Shown here one piece after another: positions 55,666 to 64,000 of a DNA stretch of 64,000 bases. A program made the position numbers and the translations under genes. The notes beneath the pieces are model-generated. The model was not told where the DNA came from. It saw only the letters and a list, made by a program, of their open reading frames with translations, and searched no databases. The stretch's first letter is position 1. Each line of letters begins with the position of its first letter. Origin of the DNA: a virus (taxonomy: Duplodnaviria; Caudoviricetes); IMG/VR virus record IMGVR_UViG_3300006116_000001, positions 193-64,192 of that record, one strand, 5' to 3'.

Positions 55666-56784
55666 TTAGATCTGAACCAGAGCGGCTGAACCCGCAAAGT
55701 TCCAGGTGGCAAAACCAGTCGAGGACGAATAGTTGACCGTCTTGCTGTTGCCGATGGCGAAGCGAAGAATGCTTACGTTTGGCAGCGCCGTACCGGTGGT
55801 GAAGGTGCCGGTAGACGACGTGATGGTCAGCGAAAGGCCCGTCGTGGTCTGGTAAGCGAGCGTGGTGCCGGTGGTGCCCGCGACAGCAGTGAAGGTGCCG
55901 TTGATGGCCGCCGTGCCGCCCGTACCGGTGACGGTCACCGAGGCGATGGTGAACGAGTCACCGACGCTGATGCCCGGCGCGGAGGCGAGGGTCAGGACGA
56001 CGAGGCCCGAGTTGAGCGTACCACCCGTGATCGTCATCGTCAGGCCGGTCGAGACGTAGAAGCTGACCGTGGCGCCCGAGGTCGTCGCCACCGCCGTTTT
56101 GGTGCCGTTGATCTGAGCGAAAGAGCCCGTGCCCGTGGCGCCAGAGATGGTGAAGGTGTTGCCGGGGACAAGGTGGCTGGCGGCCGACAGCGTCAGGACG
56201 ACGAGGCCGGTCGTGGAATTGTAGGTGCCGGACGAGATGGTCAGCGCGCCGTCATAGGTGCCGGAGCTGACGTTAATTGAGCCGGTGCTGGGGATGAGCT
56301 GCTGATTGACGAGGTCCCAGCCGACAGGCGAAGAGATCGCCGTGCCTTCAAGCGAGGCAAGGAGCGGGTCGCACTGCAGCCAGATCCGCGCGCCAGAGCC
56401 GAGGCGGTAGCTCATCACCTGACCATAGGAGCCGATGGTCGGTACAGGGCTCTGCGGGCTGGTGATCATGCCATAGGCTTGGTCAAACACCGAAAAGCCA
56501 GCGATGGGGTAAGAACCACCGGTAACGGTCGTCGCACGACCCATGATGGGGCCAAGCGAATCGTTGGGGTTCGACGCCAGACCAGGGATGGCCTCATAGA
56601 GCGCCACGCCGCCCCACATTGGCAAGGTCTCGTTGATCGAGAGAATGCCAGACCGAAGCGCGAAACGGGTTGCCGGGTCCGACTCAGCCGTCCCCTGCGT
56701 GCCGCCGTAAGAGGTTGCGCCGTCAAAGAGCCCTTGGCCGACGGTCGTGATGTAGGGGTTGGAATATGCCGGGTTGGTAGCCAC
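55666..56784 (-). CDS. Head decoration/cement protein with two inserted beta-domains
   Basis: Between scaffold and capsid genes; duplicated ISSGTYNS..LVVLTL / ITGGTLNSGLVVLTL insert. Confidence 0.7.
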   Translation of the reverse strand: MATNPAYSNPYITTVGQGLFDGATSYGGTQGTAESDPATRFALRSGILSINETLPMWGGVALYEAIPGLASNPNDSLGPIMGRATTVTGGSYPIAGFSVFDQAYGMITSPQSPVPTIGSYGQVMSYRLGSGARIWLQCDPLLASLEGTAISSPVGWDLVNQQLIPSTGSINVSSGTYDGALTISSGTYNSTTGLVVLTLSAASHLVPGNTFTISGATGTGSFAQINGTKTAVATTSGATVSFYVSTGLTMTITGGTLNSGLVVLTLASAPGISVGDSFTIASVTVTGTGGTAAINGTFTAVAGTTGTTLAYQTTTGLSLTITSSTGTFTTGTALPNVSILRFAIGNSKTVNYSSSTGFATWNFAGSAALVQI

Positions 56785-56876
56785 TGTTGATCTCCAGAGT
56801 AAAGGTGAGGGCGGGTTTCAGCGCCTAGAGGGTTAAGGTTGCAAGACGGAAACCCGCTCTTGCCTTTTGTGCGCAG

Positions 56877-57728
56877 TTAGACGCCGAGGAACTCGGTCAC
56901 AAACTGACGTTGCGGGCCGGCGAAGCCGTCCATCCAAGCGGAAGGCGTGCCGTCAAAGGTGTTGATGACGTGGCCGTGCTCGTTGCGCGTACGCATGCGC
57001 AACTGACCAGGCGGTAGAACCGCCGGGCTGTTGGCCGCAGTGAGGGCGTCCGCATAGATCTGCTTTTCGATGACTGAGAAAGCGACCTCGTCATGGATGG
57101 CCATCAGATTGGCGTCTTTGGCGCCGGGGCTGTGAGCCTTGAGCTTGTTGGCCACGCGCCGACGATAGGCCGGGACGGTTTCGTTGCGCATCGGGATTGG
57201 CGCAGAATCACCAAACGCCTGGAAGATGCTGTCGGCCTTGGCTTGCGCGTCGGCCATCTCTTCGGCGTCGGCTTCCTTCATGGACTTGGGCAGCTCCTTT
57301 TCGAGGGCGTCAATCTTGGCCTTCAGCTCCTTACGCTCTTCCTTTTCAGCGTCGCGACGAGCCTTGTCAGCCTTGCGCTCTTCCTCTTCAGCGTCGCGCT
57401 TGGCCTTGTCCATCATCTCTTCTTCGTCCTCGTCTTTCCGCTTCTTGTCGGCGGCGACGCGCTTGGGCTTGCCTTCTTCAAGGCTGTCAGGACCTTGGTC
57501 CTCTTCCTTGCCTTCGTCCTTTTTGGCGCGCTCTTCCTCTTCTGTCTCAGCGTCGCGCTTGGCCTTGTCGGCCTTTTTCTTTTCTTCCTCTTCAGCGTCG
57601 CGCTTTGACTTTTCGGCAGCCTCAAGCGCGTCGAGACGCGCGTTGAACTTGCCGAGGGCGTCGAGGATGGTGTTCTTCAGCTCAGCGTCGGCCTTGGCGG
57701 CGTCTTCGCGTTCGTCTTTCTCGGCCAT
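56877..57728 (-). CDS. Capsid scaffolding protein
   Basis: Highly charged AKRDAEEE repeats; follows the DUF2213 gene. Confidence 0.75.
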   Translation of the reverse strand: MAEKDEREDAAKADAELKNTILDALGKFNARLDALEAAEKSKRDAEEEEKKKADKAKRDAETEEEERAKKDEGKEEDQGPDSLEEGKPKRVAADKKRKDEDEEEMMDKAKRDAEEEERKADKARRDAEKEERKELKAKIDALEKELPKSMKEADAEEMADAQAKADSIFQAFGDSAPIPMRNETVPAYRRRVANKLKAHSPGAKDANLMAIHDEVAFSVIEKQIYADALTAANSPAVLPPGQLRMRTRNEHGHVINTFDGTPSAWMDGFAGPQRQFVTEFLGV

Positions 57729-57734
57729 GACTGA

Positions 57735-58826
57735 TTAGGCTCCTATAAGGGTTTTGCGGATTGCAAGGGTTGTTAGGCGGGTGTTGGTGGCATCAAGCCG
57801 GGCGGCAAGATCTTGAAGAAAAGGTTTTTGGCTGTCGGCTCGGGTTTCGTCGTCCACGCCCGAACGATCCACGCCCACCGGGTCACCGAGCTTGTCCCAA
57901 ACGCCCGCACCCTTATTGGGGAGGATGGCGATGTGGTCCAGCAGCGCCGGCACGCCCTCAATGAGCAGGGTCTTGCCGTCCTCCAGCGTCATCTTGGTGT
58001 TGGCGGCAGGGTCACGAAAGACGACGGTAGGCGAGGTTGAGGCCTCTTCCTCAAACAAGACCTTGTTCATCGCGGCGTCATAGACCTTGGCAATGCCCCA
58101 CACGTCCTGGCCCTTGATGTAGGCCAGCATGATCGAGCCTACTACGCGGTTGCCGAACTCCTCTGAGCTCATGGTCGCGCCGGGCGGGTGCTCCCAAATG
58201 ACGCTGAGGCCATTGCACCGCTGACAAAACTCCTCGGTGAGGTAGTTCTCAGGCTTACGGAAAACGAACTCTTGGAGCGCCTGCCGGTAGGCGACGCCTG
58301 TTGAGGTGATGCGAATGTTCCACAGGTGAACGTTTTCATAGACTTGCGGGCTGGTCAGCTCGCCTGCGGCCATCATGCGGGCAATGTCTAGCTCGTTGGC
58401 CGTCAAGCGCGCCAGCGCGATCCTTGCGCCGGGGTGAAGCGGCTCAGGCGGATAGGCTAGCTTTGCCCAACTCCAGCCGACGTGCTCGTCGCACTGGTGC
58501 GGGGTGAAGGGCTCCTTGACCTTGACAAGGTAGGTGGAGAAGTCGACGTCTTCAGACTGGATCGGTTGTTGTGAGACAGGGTCTGTGGGCGGGGGTTCTT
58601 CGGCCTTGACGATCGTTCGGGCCAGCAGGGTCGCTTGACCAGGCTTAACGGTCACGCCCGTCTCTTCCTCGCACTCGCGAATGGCGCACTCCTCAAGCGT
58701 CTCGCCGTCTTCCTGTTGACCCCCGCATGGCGCCCATTGCAAAGCGTGATCAGAGCCAGGGCCACGGCGCAGGAACAGCGCCTCCTTGTCAGGCGTGATG
58801 AAGAGGATGCCGGCGGCGCGGATCAT
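57735..58826 (-). CDS. NUDIX hydrolase fused to DUF2213 (putative prohead protease)
   Basis: Nudix box GGQQEDGETLEECAIRECEEETG; RITSTGVAYR, WEHP, DHIAI, GVWDK. Confidence 0.85.
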   Translation of the reverse strand: MIRAAGILFITPDKEALFLRRGPGSDHALQWAPCGGQQEDGETLEECAIRECEEETGVTVKPGQATLLARTIVKAEEPPPTDPVSQQPIQSEDVDFSTYLVKVKEPFTPHQCDEHVGWSWAKLAYPPEPLHPGARIALARLTANELDIARMMAAGELTSPQVYENVHLWNIRITSTGVAYRQALQEFVFRKPENYLTEEFCQRCNGLSVIWEHPPGATMSSEEFGNRVVGSIMLAYIKGQDVWGIAKVYDAAMNKVLFEEEASTSPTVVFRDPAANTKMTLEDGKTLLIEGVPALLDHIAILPNKGAGVWDKLGDPVGVDRSGVDDETRADSQKPFLQDLAARLDATNTRLTTLAIRKTLIGA

Positions 58827-58828
58827 TG

Positions 58829-59368
58829 TTATTTTGGAAACTTCTTTGCTGCAACTTCTTTTAGAGCTTCAACTGCCTCTTTTGGAATGGTTGCGCCTTT
58901 TGCCTCTTTAATAGCCCGGGCGCATTGATCTCCAAACCATTTTGCAGCCTCAGGAGAAAGAGCTTCAGCATCCTTCTTCGCCCAAGCCGCATCAGCCTTG
59001 CGGTTCTCGATGGCGTCCATGCGCTCGTTGAGCGCGTCACACATCTTGGCAATGTCGGCCATGGTGCAGTCTTTGGCGGAATCTTTCTTTGAACGCCGGC
59101 TTGACAGACGTTGGTGGCGCTCAAAGCCGCGCATTACAGCGTCATATTCTTTAGGGGACACGCCTGCGCGCTCTAACTCACGCACGACTTCCTTTTCAGA
59201 ATAGCCCTCTTCGCCCATGTCGAAGCCGTCGGATTCGCTCCAACCAGCATCCGCCCGATCTTTCCCCACGAACTCCCTCCCGACTTTCTGGCTGACGCCG
59301 CCATAGCCGCCAGGCGTGTGGGCCGCGGCTTCCATCAATCTGTGCTGAGCCGGCGAAGTTGTCGGCAT
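58829..59368 (-). CDS. Head-module hypothetical protein
   Basis: MPTTSPAQHRLMEAAAH...KVGREFV N-terminal motif; AD-delimited segments. Confidence 0.65.
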   Translation of the reverse strand: MPTTSPAQHRLMEAAAHTPGGYGGVSQKVGREFVGKDRADAGWSESDGFDMGEEGYSEKEVVRELERAGVSPKEYDAVMRGFERHQRLSSRRSKKDSAKDCTMADIAKMCDALNERMDAIENRKADAAWAKKDAEALSPEAAKWFGDQCARAIKEAKGATIPKEAVEALKEVAAKKFPK

Positions 59369-59556
59369 TAAGCCTTAGCCTTCTTGGCGCGCTTGGAGGG
59401 CGGGGTGAGCGTGGTCACCTTGGCGTCGGTTTCGGCCTTACGCGGCGGGACGGGCGGGCGAACGGCCTCTGGTGCAGGTTGAGGCGCGACCTTGATCTCG
59501 ACCGGCTTGGGCAGGCCAAGGCCAACGTAGTCGCGGATCTTATCAAAGAGCTTCAT
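59368..59556 (-). CDS. Small basic hypothetical protein
   Basis: TAATG-coupled on both sides. Confidence 0.5.
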   Translation of the reverse strand: MKLFDKIRDYVGLGLPKPVEIKVAPQPAPEAVRPPVPPRKAETDAKVTTLTPPSKRAKKAKA

Positions 59557-61424
59557 TAGGACATGGCCTCCTGAGCGATGATCGACGCGCCGACCGTATT
59601 AGAGCCAAAGGTAGAAGGCGTTGTGATGGCGACCGTCAACAGGTCAGGCGCGGTGCCTTGAACGTTGTTGTAGAGCGGAAAGAAGTTGCTCAAGTCAAAG
59701 TTCTGCAACCCGCCAGACGGCAACGGCGTATTGTAGACCACCTCGCCGCCGGCCAAGGCTGTGGCTGACACGTCGCGCTCCACGAAGCTGTTCAACGAGC
59801 CAAGTGAGTACATGGTCGCAAACGACGCGCCAGTCAGCGAGATCGGCGATTGGTAGGTCGAGGCGATTAGCTCAAGCGTGCAGTTAGCGCTGGAGTAAAT
59901 GTTTAGCGACTTAGGCAAAATTTGCCCACGGTCAATAACGCCAAGGATGTAGTTGCCGCCCGCCGCCGGGGGAACGGCCATGGGGCCGGAAACCAAGACG
60001 TTGTCGACGACCGTCAGCGCGCTGGTCGTGTTGGCGGTGATGCGGCCGATTGAGCCTTGGCCCGTTTGATAGGTCGCAGAGGTCAGCGTGACCGTACCGG
60101 AGGCCGAGGTGGCAAAGGTGAACTGGTTAGCCGCCGGGATCGAGGTGATCAAAACCTGCGTGGGAAATGGACCGCCAGTCGCGGGCGAGGCTCCGTTGAG
60201 CGTGACCCACCGGCCAGGTTGAAGGTAGTGGTTGGCCGCGGTTGTAGTGACCGTCGCCACGCTGGAGGTGATAGAGCAGGCCGAGATGCCCGCCGTCGCG
60301 CCACGGCTGAAAAGGTACTTGCCCACCCAAGCGCCGGCCACGAGCGGCGTGCCGGTCAGGTTGACCGTGGTCGCGGACGCCGACTGTGTGACCGATGAGA
60401 TCGCCGCCCCGCCGGCAGGCAGCACGCCGTTTGCGCCCGAATAAGCGGAGTCCACGCCATACTCCAGCGTGCCCATGTTGCGGTAGCGAATGCTCAGCAA
60501 AGGGTAACGCGTGGCCGAGGCGCCAGGGGCGCGGGTCGGCGTGCCCGCCGCCATGCCATAGCCGTAAGTAAAGCCGCGCTGATCGTCGATCTTGCCCTTG
60601 GCCAGGACCGAGACGCCGTAGTGGGTCATGGAGCCAGCGGTCGAAGGGCCGATGTTGCGCAGCTCGTAGCGGACAGGCAGGTTGCCAGTGCGCGCCCAAG
60701 CAACCTGTTGGTTGGTCAGGTTGCCAATGCCGACGCTGTGCAGCACGTAAGGCTCGCCGCCGATCATCACGCCCCAACGGAGCATGCCAGCCCCGTACCA
60801 GGCGAACTCGATCCACCACATCTGAATTTGGTTGACCGAGAAAGTGCCGACCGCCGGGTTGGTGCCCTTCCAGACGTTTTGAGGGTCAGACCAAGTGCAA
60901 GAGCTGTTTTGCGGCCCTGCATAGATGCGGTTTTCAAACACCCCGCCGCCGCCAGCGTCGGAACGGTAAACGACCGCCATGCCCGTTGGGTTTTGGGGCG
61001 TGGGGTCGCCTTGTTCAAAAAAGATGCCGTTGCCGTCGTCAAAGAAGCCAAGACGTTGACGCTGGTTGAAGTAGGCTTGACCAAACAAAAGGCCCGAGGC
61101 GAGGTAGAGCGTCTTGCCGGGCTGGTAACGAATGTAGGGGCGGGTTTGGCGGATGGCGAGGTCGCCGCTGGCCGACGAGACCGAAAGCAACACGCCACCG
61201 AGCGAGGAAGAGGCGGCCACAGCACCAGCGCCCGAGGTGTAGGCTTCCCAACGCATGGGCTGGGGGCCGTACTCAAAGTCCGCCTCAAAAAGGTTCTGGA
61301 CCTCAGAGACCTCCAGCTTGCCTACGTTGTCACGCAGCCGTTGAGGCATCGCCACTTGCGACGAGTTGTCGGCCAGGAGGCGATACTTGGCGGTGTCAAG
61401 CGTGTTGATCGGGTTCTGAGGCAT
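59556..61424 (-). CDS. Large beta-rich virion-type protein inside the head module
   Basis: About 622 aa; IRQTRPYIRYQPGK, WWIEFAWYGAG, GNLPVRYE; inserted NH.LQPG.WV domain. Confidence 0.65.
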   Translation of the reverse strand: MPQNPINTLDTAKYRLLADNSSQVAMPQRLRDNVGKLEVSEVQNLFEADFEYGPQPMRWEAYTSGAGAVAASSSLGGVLLSVSSASGDLAIRQTRPYIRYQPGKTLYLASGLLFGQAYFNQRQRLGFFDDGNGIFFEQGDPTPQNPTGMAVVYRSDAGGGGVFENRIYAGPQNSSCTWSDPQNVWKGTNPAVGTFSVNQIQMWWIEFAWYGAGMLRWGVMIGGEPYVLHSVGIGNLTNQQVAWARTGNLPVRYELRNIGPSTAGSMTHYGVSVLAKGKIDDQRGFTYGYGMAAGTPTRAPGASATRYPLLSIRYRNMGTLEYGVDSAYSGANGVLPAGGAAISSVTQSASATTVNLTGTPLVAGAWVGKYLFSRGATAGISACSITSSVATVTTTAANHYLQPGRWVTLNGASPATGGPFPTQVLITSIPAANQFTFATSASGTVTLTSATYQTGQGSIGRITANTTSALTVVDNVLVSGPMAVPPAAGGNYILGVIDRGQILPKSLNIYSSANCTLELIASTYQSPISLTGASFATMYSLGSLNSFVERDVSATALAGGEVVYNTPLPSGGLQNFDLSNFFPLYNNVQGTAPDLLTVAITTPSTFGSNTVGASIIAQEAMS

Positions 61425-62260
61425 CAAAGCTCCTCTAATTTTCTACGGGCCTCGGCCAGCTCGGCGCGGCCCTTTTCAGTCATGCATTCGTCAGGGACGT
61501 CACGCAGGTTATAGACATAGGTTGCCTTGCAACGGCAAAAGATCTCTTCGCCCACGTGCGTGATGTCGTCGTAGTAGTCGTTCGGGCCTTTTTTCATCAA
61601 GCCGCGCTTGATGGCCCAGTTGTCCTTGTAGGCGAAAAAGTGCTGGTCGCGCGCCTTGTGGTCCGGGCGATAGTTGTAGCCTGCCTGGCGCCAGGCTGAA
61701 TGCCAGATCACGCCCAGAGCGTTGCCGCCCTCCGCGATGGTCTCGTTGATGTTGGCTGTGAGCTTTGAGGCTTGGTCGATGTGCAGCCGGCGCTCCTCAT
61801 AGGGGAGCTGCGCCAGGCTTTTGCGGATCTGCTGCTTGGTCTCTACCTTGTCAATGTCCGTTGCGCCACCAGCCGGGATGCTGGTCGCCCAGCCCGAAAA
61901 GCGCTGAAGCGTCTTTTCAATCGCCTGTTGGCGGTTAAGCTTGATCAGGTCAGCGCTGGCCATGATCCGTCGGTCGAGCGCCGCCTTTAAAGACGGCCGC
62001 AAGCGATCAAGCGTAAACCGACCAACGCCCTTATGAAACTTAAGCGCGCCGCCTTGCTCAACCATGCGCTTGTAGGTACCAGCGAGCGCGTCGCGTAAGT
62101 CTTGCTCCATCTGAGCCGCAGACCTGAACGAGCGCTCAGCCGCCTCGCGCAACTTGCGCTGCCAGTAAAGCACCTGTTCTGCCGAAACGAAGCCGCTCTC
62201 TGACATGGCCTTGACGGCGTCAGTCAGGACCGAGAAATAGTCGTCCCTATTTTCGGCCAT
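61424..62260 (-). CDS. Head morphogenesis protein (MuF/SPP1 gp7-like)
   Basis: RRLHIDQASKL, IWHS..RQAGYNYRPDHK.RD, VGEEIFCRC. Confidence 0.85.
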   Translation of the reverse strand: MAENRDDYFSVLTDAVKAMSESGFVSAEQVLYWQRKLREAAERSFRSAAQMEQDLRDALAGTYKRMVEQGGALKFHKGVGRFTLDRLRPSLKAALDRRIMASADLIKLNRQQAIEKTLQRFSGWATSIPAGGATDIDKVETKQQIRKSLAQLPYEERRLHIDQASKLTANINETIAEGGNALGVIWHSAWRQAGYNYRPDHKARDQHFFAYKDNWAIKRGLMKKGPNDYYDDITHVGEEIFCRCKATYVYNLRDVPDECMTEKGRAELAEARRKLEEL

Positions 62261-62471
62261 CGTACCCTGCTTTGGCCGCCAACCTGTAGCCCTTCGCCAA
62301 GAGGTCTAGGCTCACTTCCACGCGCCCGACAATCTCGGTTTGAATGGCGGCAGCCAAGGTCCACTCTTGGCAGTTCAGAGCCTTGTGGTAGTCAACATGG
62401 GCGAGCGTTGCAGCTCGCATAGCAGCCTCAGCCAGCTGAAATTGCTGGTCGATTTCCGCGCTGACCGTCAA
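62247..62471 (-). CDS. Hypothetical protein
   Basis: 74 aa between portal and MuF, overlapping both. Confidence 0.5.
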   Translation of the reverse strand: MTVSAEIDQQFQLAEAAMRAATLAHVDYHKALNCQEWTLAAAIQTEIVGRVEVSLDLLAKGYRLAAKAGYDGRK

Positions 62472-63934
62472 GCCAGGACCCTCAACGCCTCGCGAAGGCG
62501 CTGTGAATCTTGGGCCGCGAACGGCTTGCCAGGTTTGGGCTCTTCTAGGCCTTCGCCCATGGTTTGAGTTGGCGGTTCGTAGCTTACCAAGGCCTCGACG
62601 TCGATCAGCAAGGATGACGGGAAAAGCAGCTTGTCGCTGTTAATGTTATCTGCAATCCACTGAACGATGTTGGCCTTGTTTTCCGGGTCGGCGATCGGCA
62701 ACAGAACTTCAGCAACCGCAATCATGGCCTTAAGCTTGACATCGCTAACAGCGATCTTGTCGCTGTCGGGCTCCTCGATCAGGCTCGGCCATTCAGCCGC
62801 AAAGGAATTTTGCGCGTCGTAGAAGAACTGCCGATAAGAGGCTGGTAGCTTGTCTTTGTAGTCCGCCTTCAGCGTTTCATAAAACTGCTTGTTCCAGGCC
62901 CGATACTGACAGACCTTGGTCATGAAGTCATAGAGCGGCGTCATCCAAATGCGGAGCCGCTGAATGTATTGCGCAATGCGCTTGGCGTCCTCAGTCCCCT
63001 CGCCGAAGCCCTCGGCCATGGTTTCTGAGTTGATAATCTGCGCGGGCGTGCCGGCGGCGCTGGCGATGTTCTCAAGGATGTTCTTGCGAGCTTCTTTGAA
63101 AGCGCCGTCGATGTTTTGAAGGTTCAGCGATTCAATCGCGTCTTCATGACCGATCTGAAGAACGTTGCCCGTCGCACCTTGCTGAAGCAAAATGCGCTTG
63201 ACCGCCCCGACCGCGGCCATCAGGCCATCGACGATGGACGAGGTTTGCTTGATCTTGGTCACCAGCAGGCCTGCCTTGTAGGCGACCATGTCGTCAGTGA
63301 CCAAAGTGTTGATGTAGCTTTTCAACGGAAACAGAGCGCGCAGGTAAACGCTGCGGCCAACGTAGCCGAATGACGTTGAGGTAAACGACAGGTAGACCGG
63401 GTCCTCGTGCATCAGGGTAACCGCCCTGGAACGATGAACCGGCTTGCCGGCGATGGTGATGCCTTGCACCTTAAGGAAGTCGATGGACGCTGGGTTTTGG
63501 TCTAAGACCAGCGAGCCGGCAGTGTTCAGCGGGTCGAGAACGTTAAAGCCAATTTTGGCGCCGGCCAGCGCCTCAAAGTTGACGGGCCGGTCGTTAGGCG
63601 TGCCCTCGACCAACAACGCCAGCGAAGCGACGCCGTAGATACGCGCGAGGCGCGCGGTGTTGAAGATCACGCGGTCAGCGCCCAGCGCTTTCCATTCATC
63701 CTCAAAGGCCTCGCGCAGCCGGTCCTCGGGGCCTTTTTGAATGCTGATCTTGCGGTCTTGCGACTGAGCGACCGCGAGGGGAGAGTCAACGATCTTGGCG
63801 CCAAGCGGGTGATAGAGGTAAATGGTCTTGGCGGTCTGGTAGCTGACATCATCGCCAGGCTGCAGGTCTGGCGCCATCAAGATGTCTTGAAGCGCGTTGC
63901 CTAGCGCCGTGCCTGTGACGGAGGTTTCAGCCAT
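62468..63934 (-). CDS. Portal protein (DUF1073-like)
   Basis: 488 aa immediately after the terL C-terminus; YLYHPLGAKIVD.P; GFGEGTEDAK; WPSL. Confidence 0.88.
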   Translation of the reverse strand: MAETSVTGTALGNALQDILMAPDLQPGDDVSYQTAKTIYLYHPLGAKIVDSPLAVAQSQDRKISIQKGPEDRLREAFEDEWKALGADRVIFNTARLARIYGVASLALLVEGTPNDRPVNFEALAGAKIGFNVLDPLNTAGSLVLDQNPASIDFLKVQGITIAGKPVHRSRAVTLMHEDPVYLSFTSTSFGYVGRSVYLRALFPLKSYINTLVTDDMVAYKAGLLVTKIKQTSSIVDGLMAAVGAVKRILLQQGATGNVLQIGHEDAIESLNLQNIDGAFKEARKNILENIASAAGTPAQIINSETMAEGFGEGTEDAKRIAQYIQRLRIWMTPLYDFMTKVCQYRAWNKQFYETLKADYKDKLPASYRQFFYDAQNSFAAEWPSLIEEPDSDKIAVSDVKLKAMIAVAEVLLPIADPENKANIVQWIADNINSDKLLFPSSLLIDVEALVSYEPPTQTMGEGLEEPKPGKPFAAQDSQRLREALRVLA

Positions 63935-63941
63935 GGGTTAA

Positions 63942-64000
63942 CTAGAAACCTCCGTTGTTACCCAAGGCTAAGGCGGGGCCGTACGTGTAGCAGTCCAAGA
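63942..64000 (-). CDS. terL: Terminase large subunit, C-terminal 18 codons (enters from right edge)
   Basis: LDCYTYGPALALGNNGGF-stop, resembling the (D)DLLDxxxYG...ALGN terminus of this TerL type; directly upstream of the portal. Confidence 0.75.
   Translation of the reverse strand, partial: LDCYTYGPALALGNNGGF

Noticed and set aside
54909-61514. Long + strand ORFs (54909..55658, 57093..57738, 60621..61514 and others)
   Set aside because: Antisense shadows of well-supported capsid, scaffold and structural genes in GC-rich DNA
1-64000. Lysogeny module, tRNA or rRNA genes
   Set aside because: No integrase, recombinase, CI-like repressor, cloverleaf or rRNA-like sequence recognised by eye; a tRNAscan/Infernal run would be needed to exclude ncRNAs

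Overview
An almost complete, circularly permuted genome of a contractile-tailed (myovirus-type) dsDNA phage, probably infecting an alphaproteobacterium (Caulobacterales-like, judged from GcrA and CtrA-like genes). The large terminase runs off the left edge and its C-terminus reappears at the right edge, so probably only about 0.1 kb is missing. No integrase or repressor was recognised. Layout: (i) terminase, a NusG paralogue and an AT-rich control region (1-3.2 kb); (ii) primase-helicase, three paralogous putative DNA-binding proteins and a 21-bp tandem array (3.8-9 kb); (iii) a nucleotide/DNA-modification cluster (exonuclease, SAM methyltransferase, all-alpha NTP pyrophosphatase, kinase-UDG-like fusion, Asp-type thymidylate-synthase homologue, dCMP deaminase, family A polymerase) followed by nuclease, SSB-like and SNF2 helicase genes (10.2-21.3 kb); (iv) about 28 small early genes including a CtrA-like/GcrA pair, a SleB hydrolase and a module-shuffled array (21.4-29.5 kb); (v) a roughly 35-kb minus-strand late operon from portal to spanins. 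Most striking: a probable novel pyrimidine-modification pathway, and three fibre-like proteins in the tail module that carry Sec signal peptides and paired cysteines. All family assignments come from motif recognition by eye; no searches were run.
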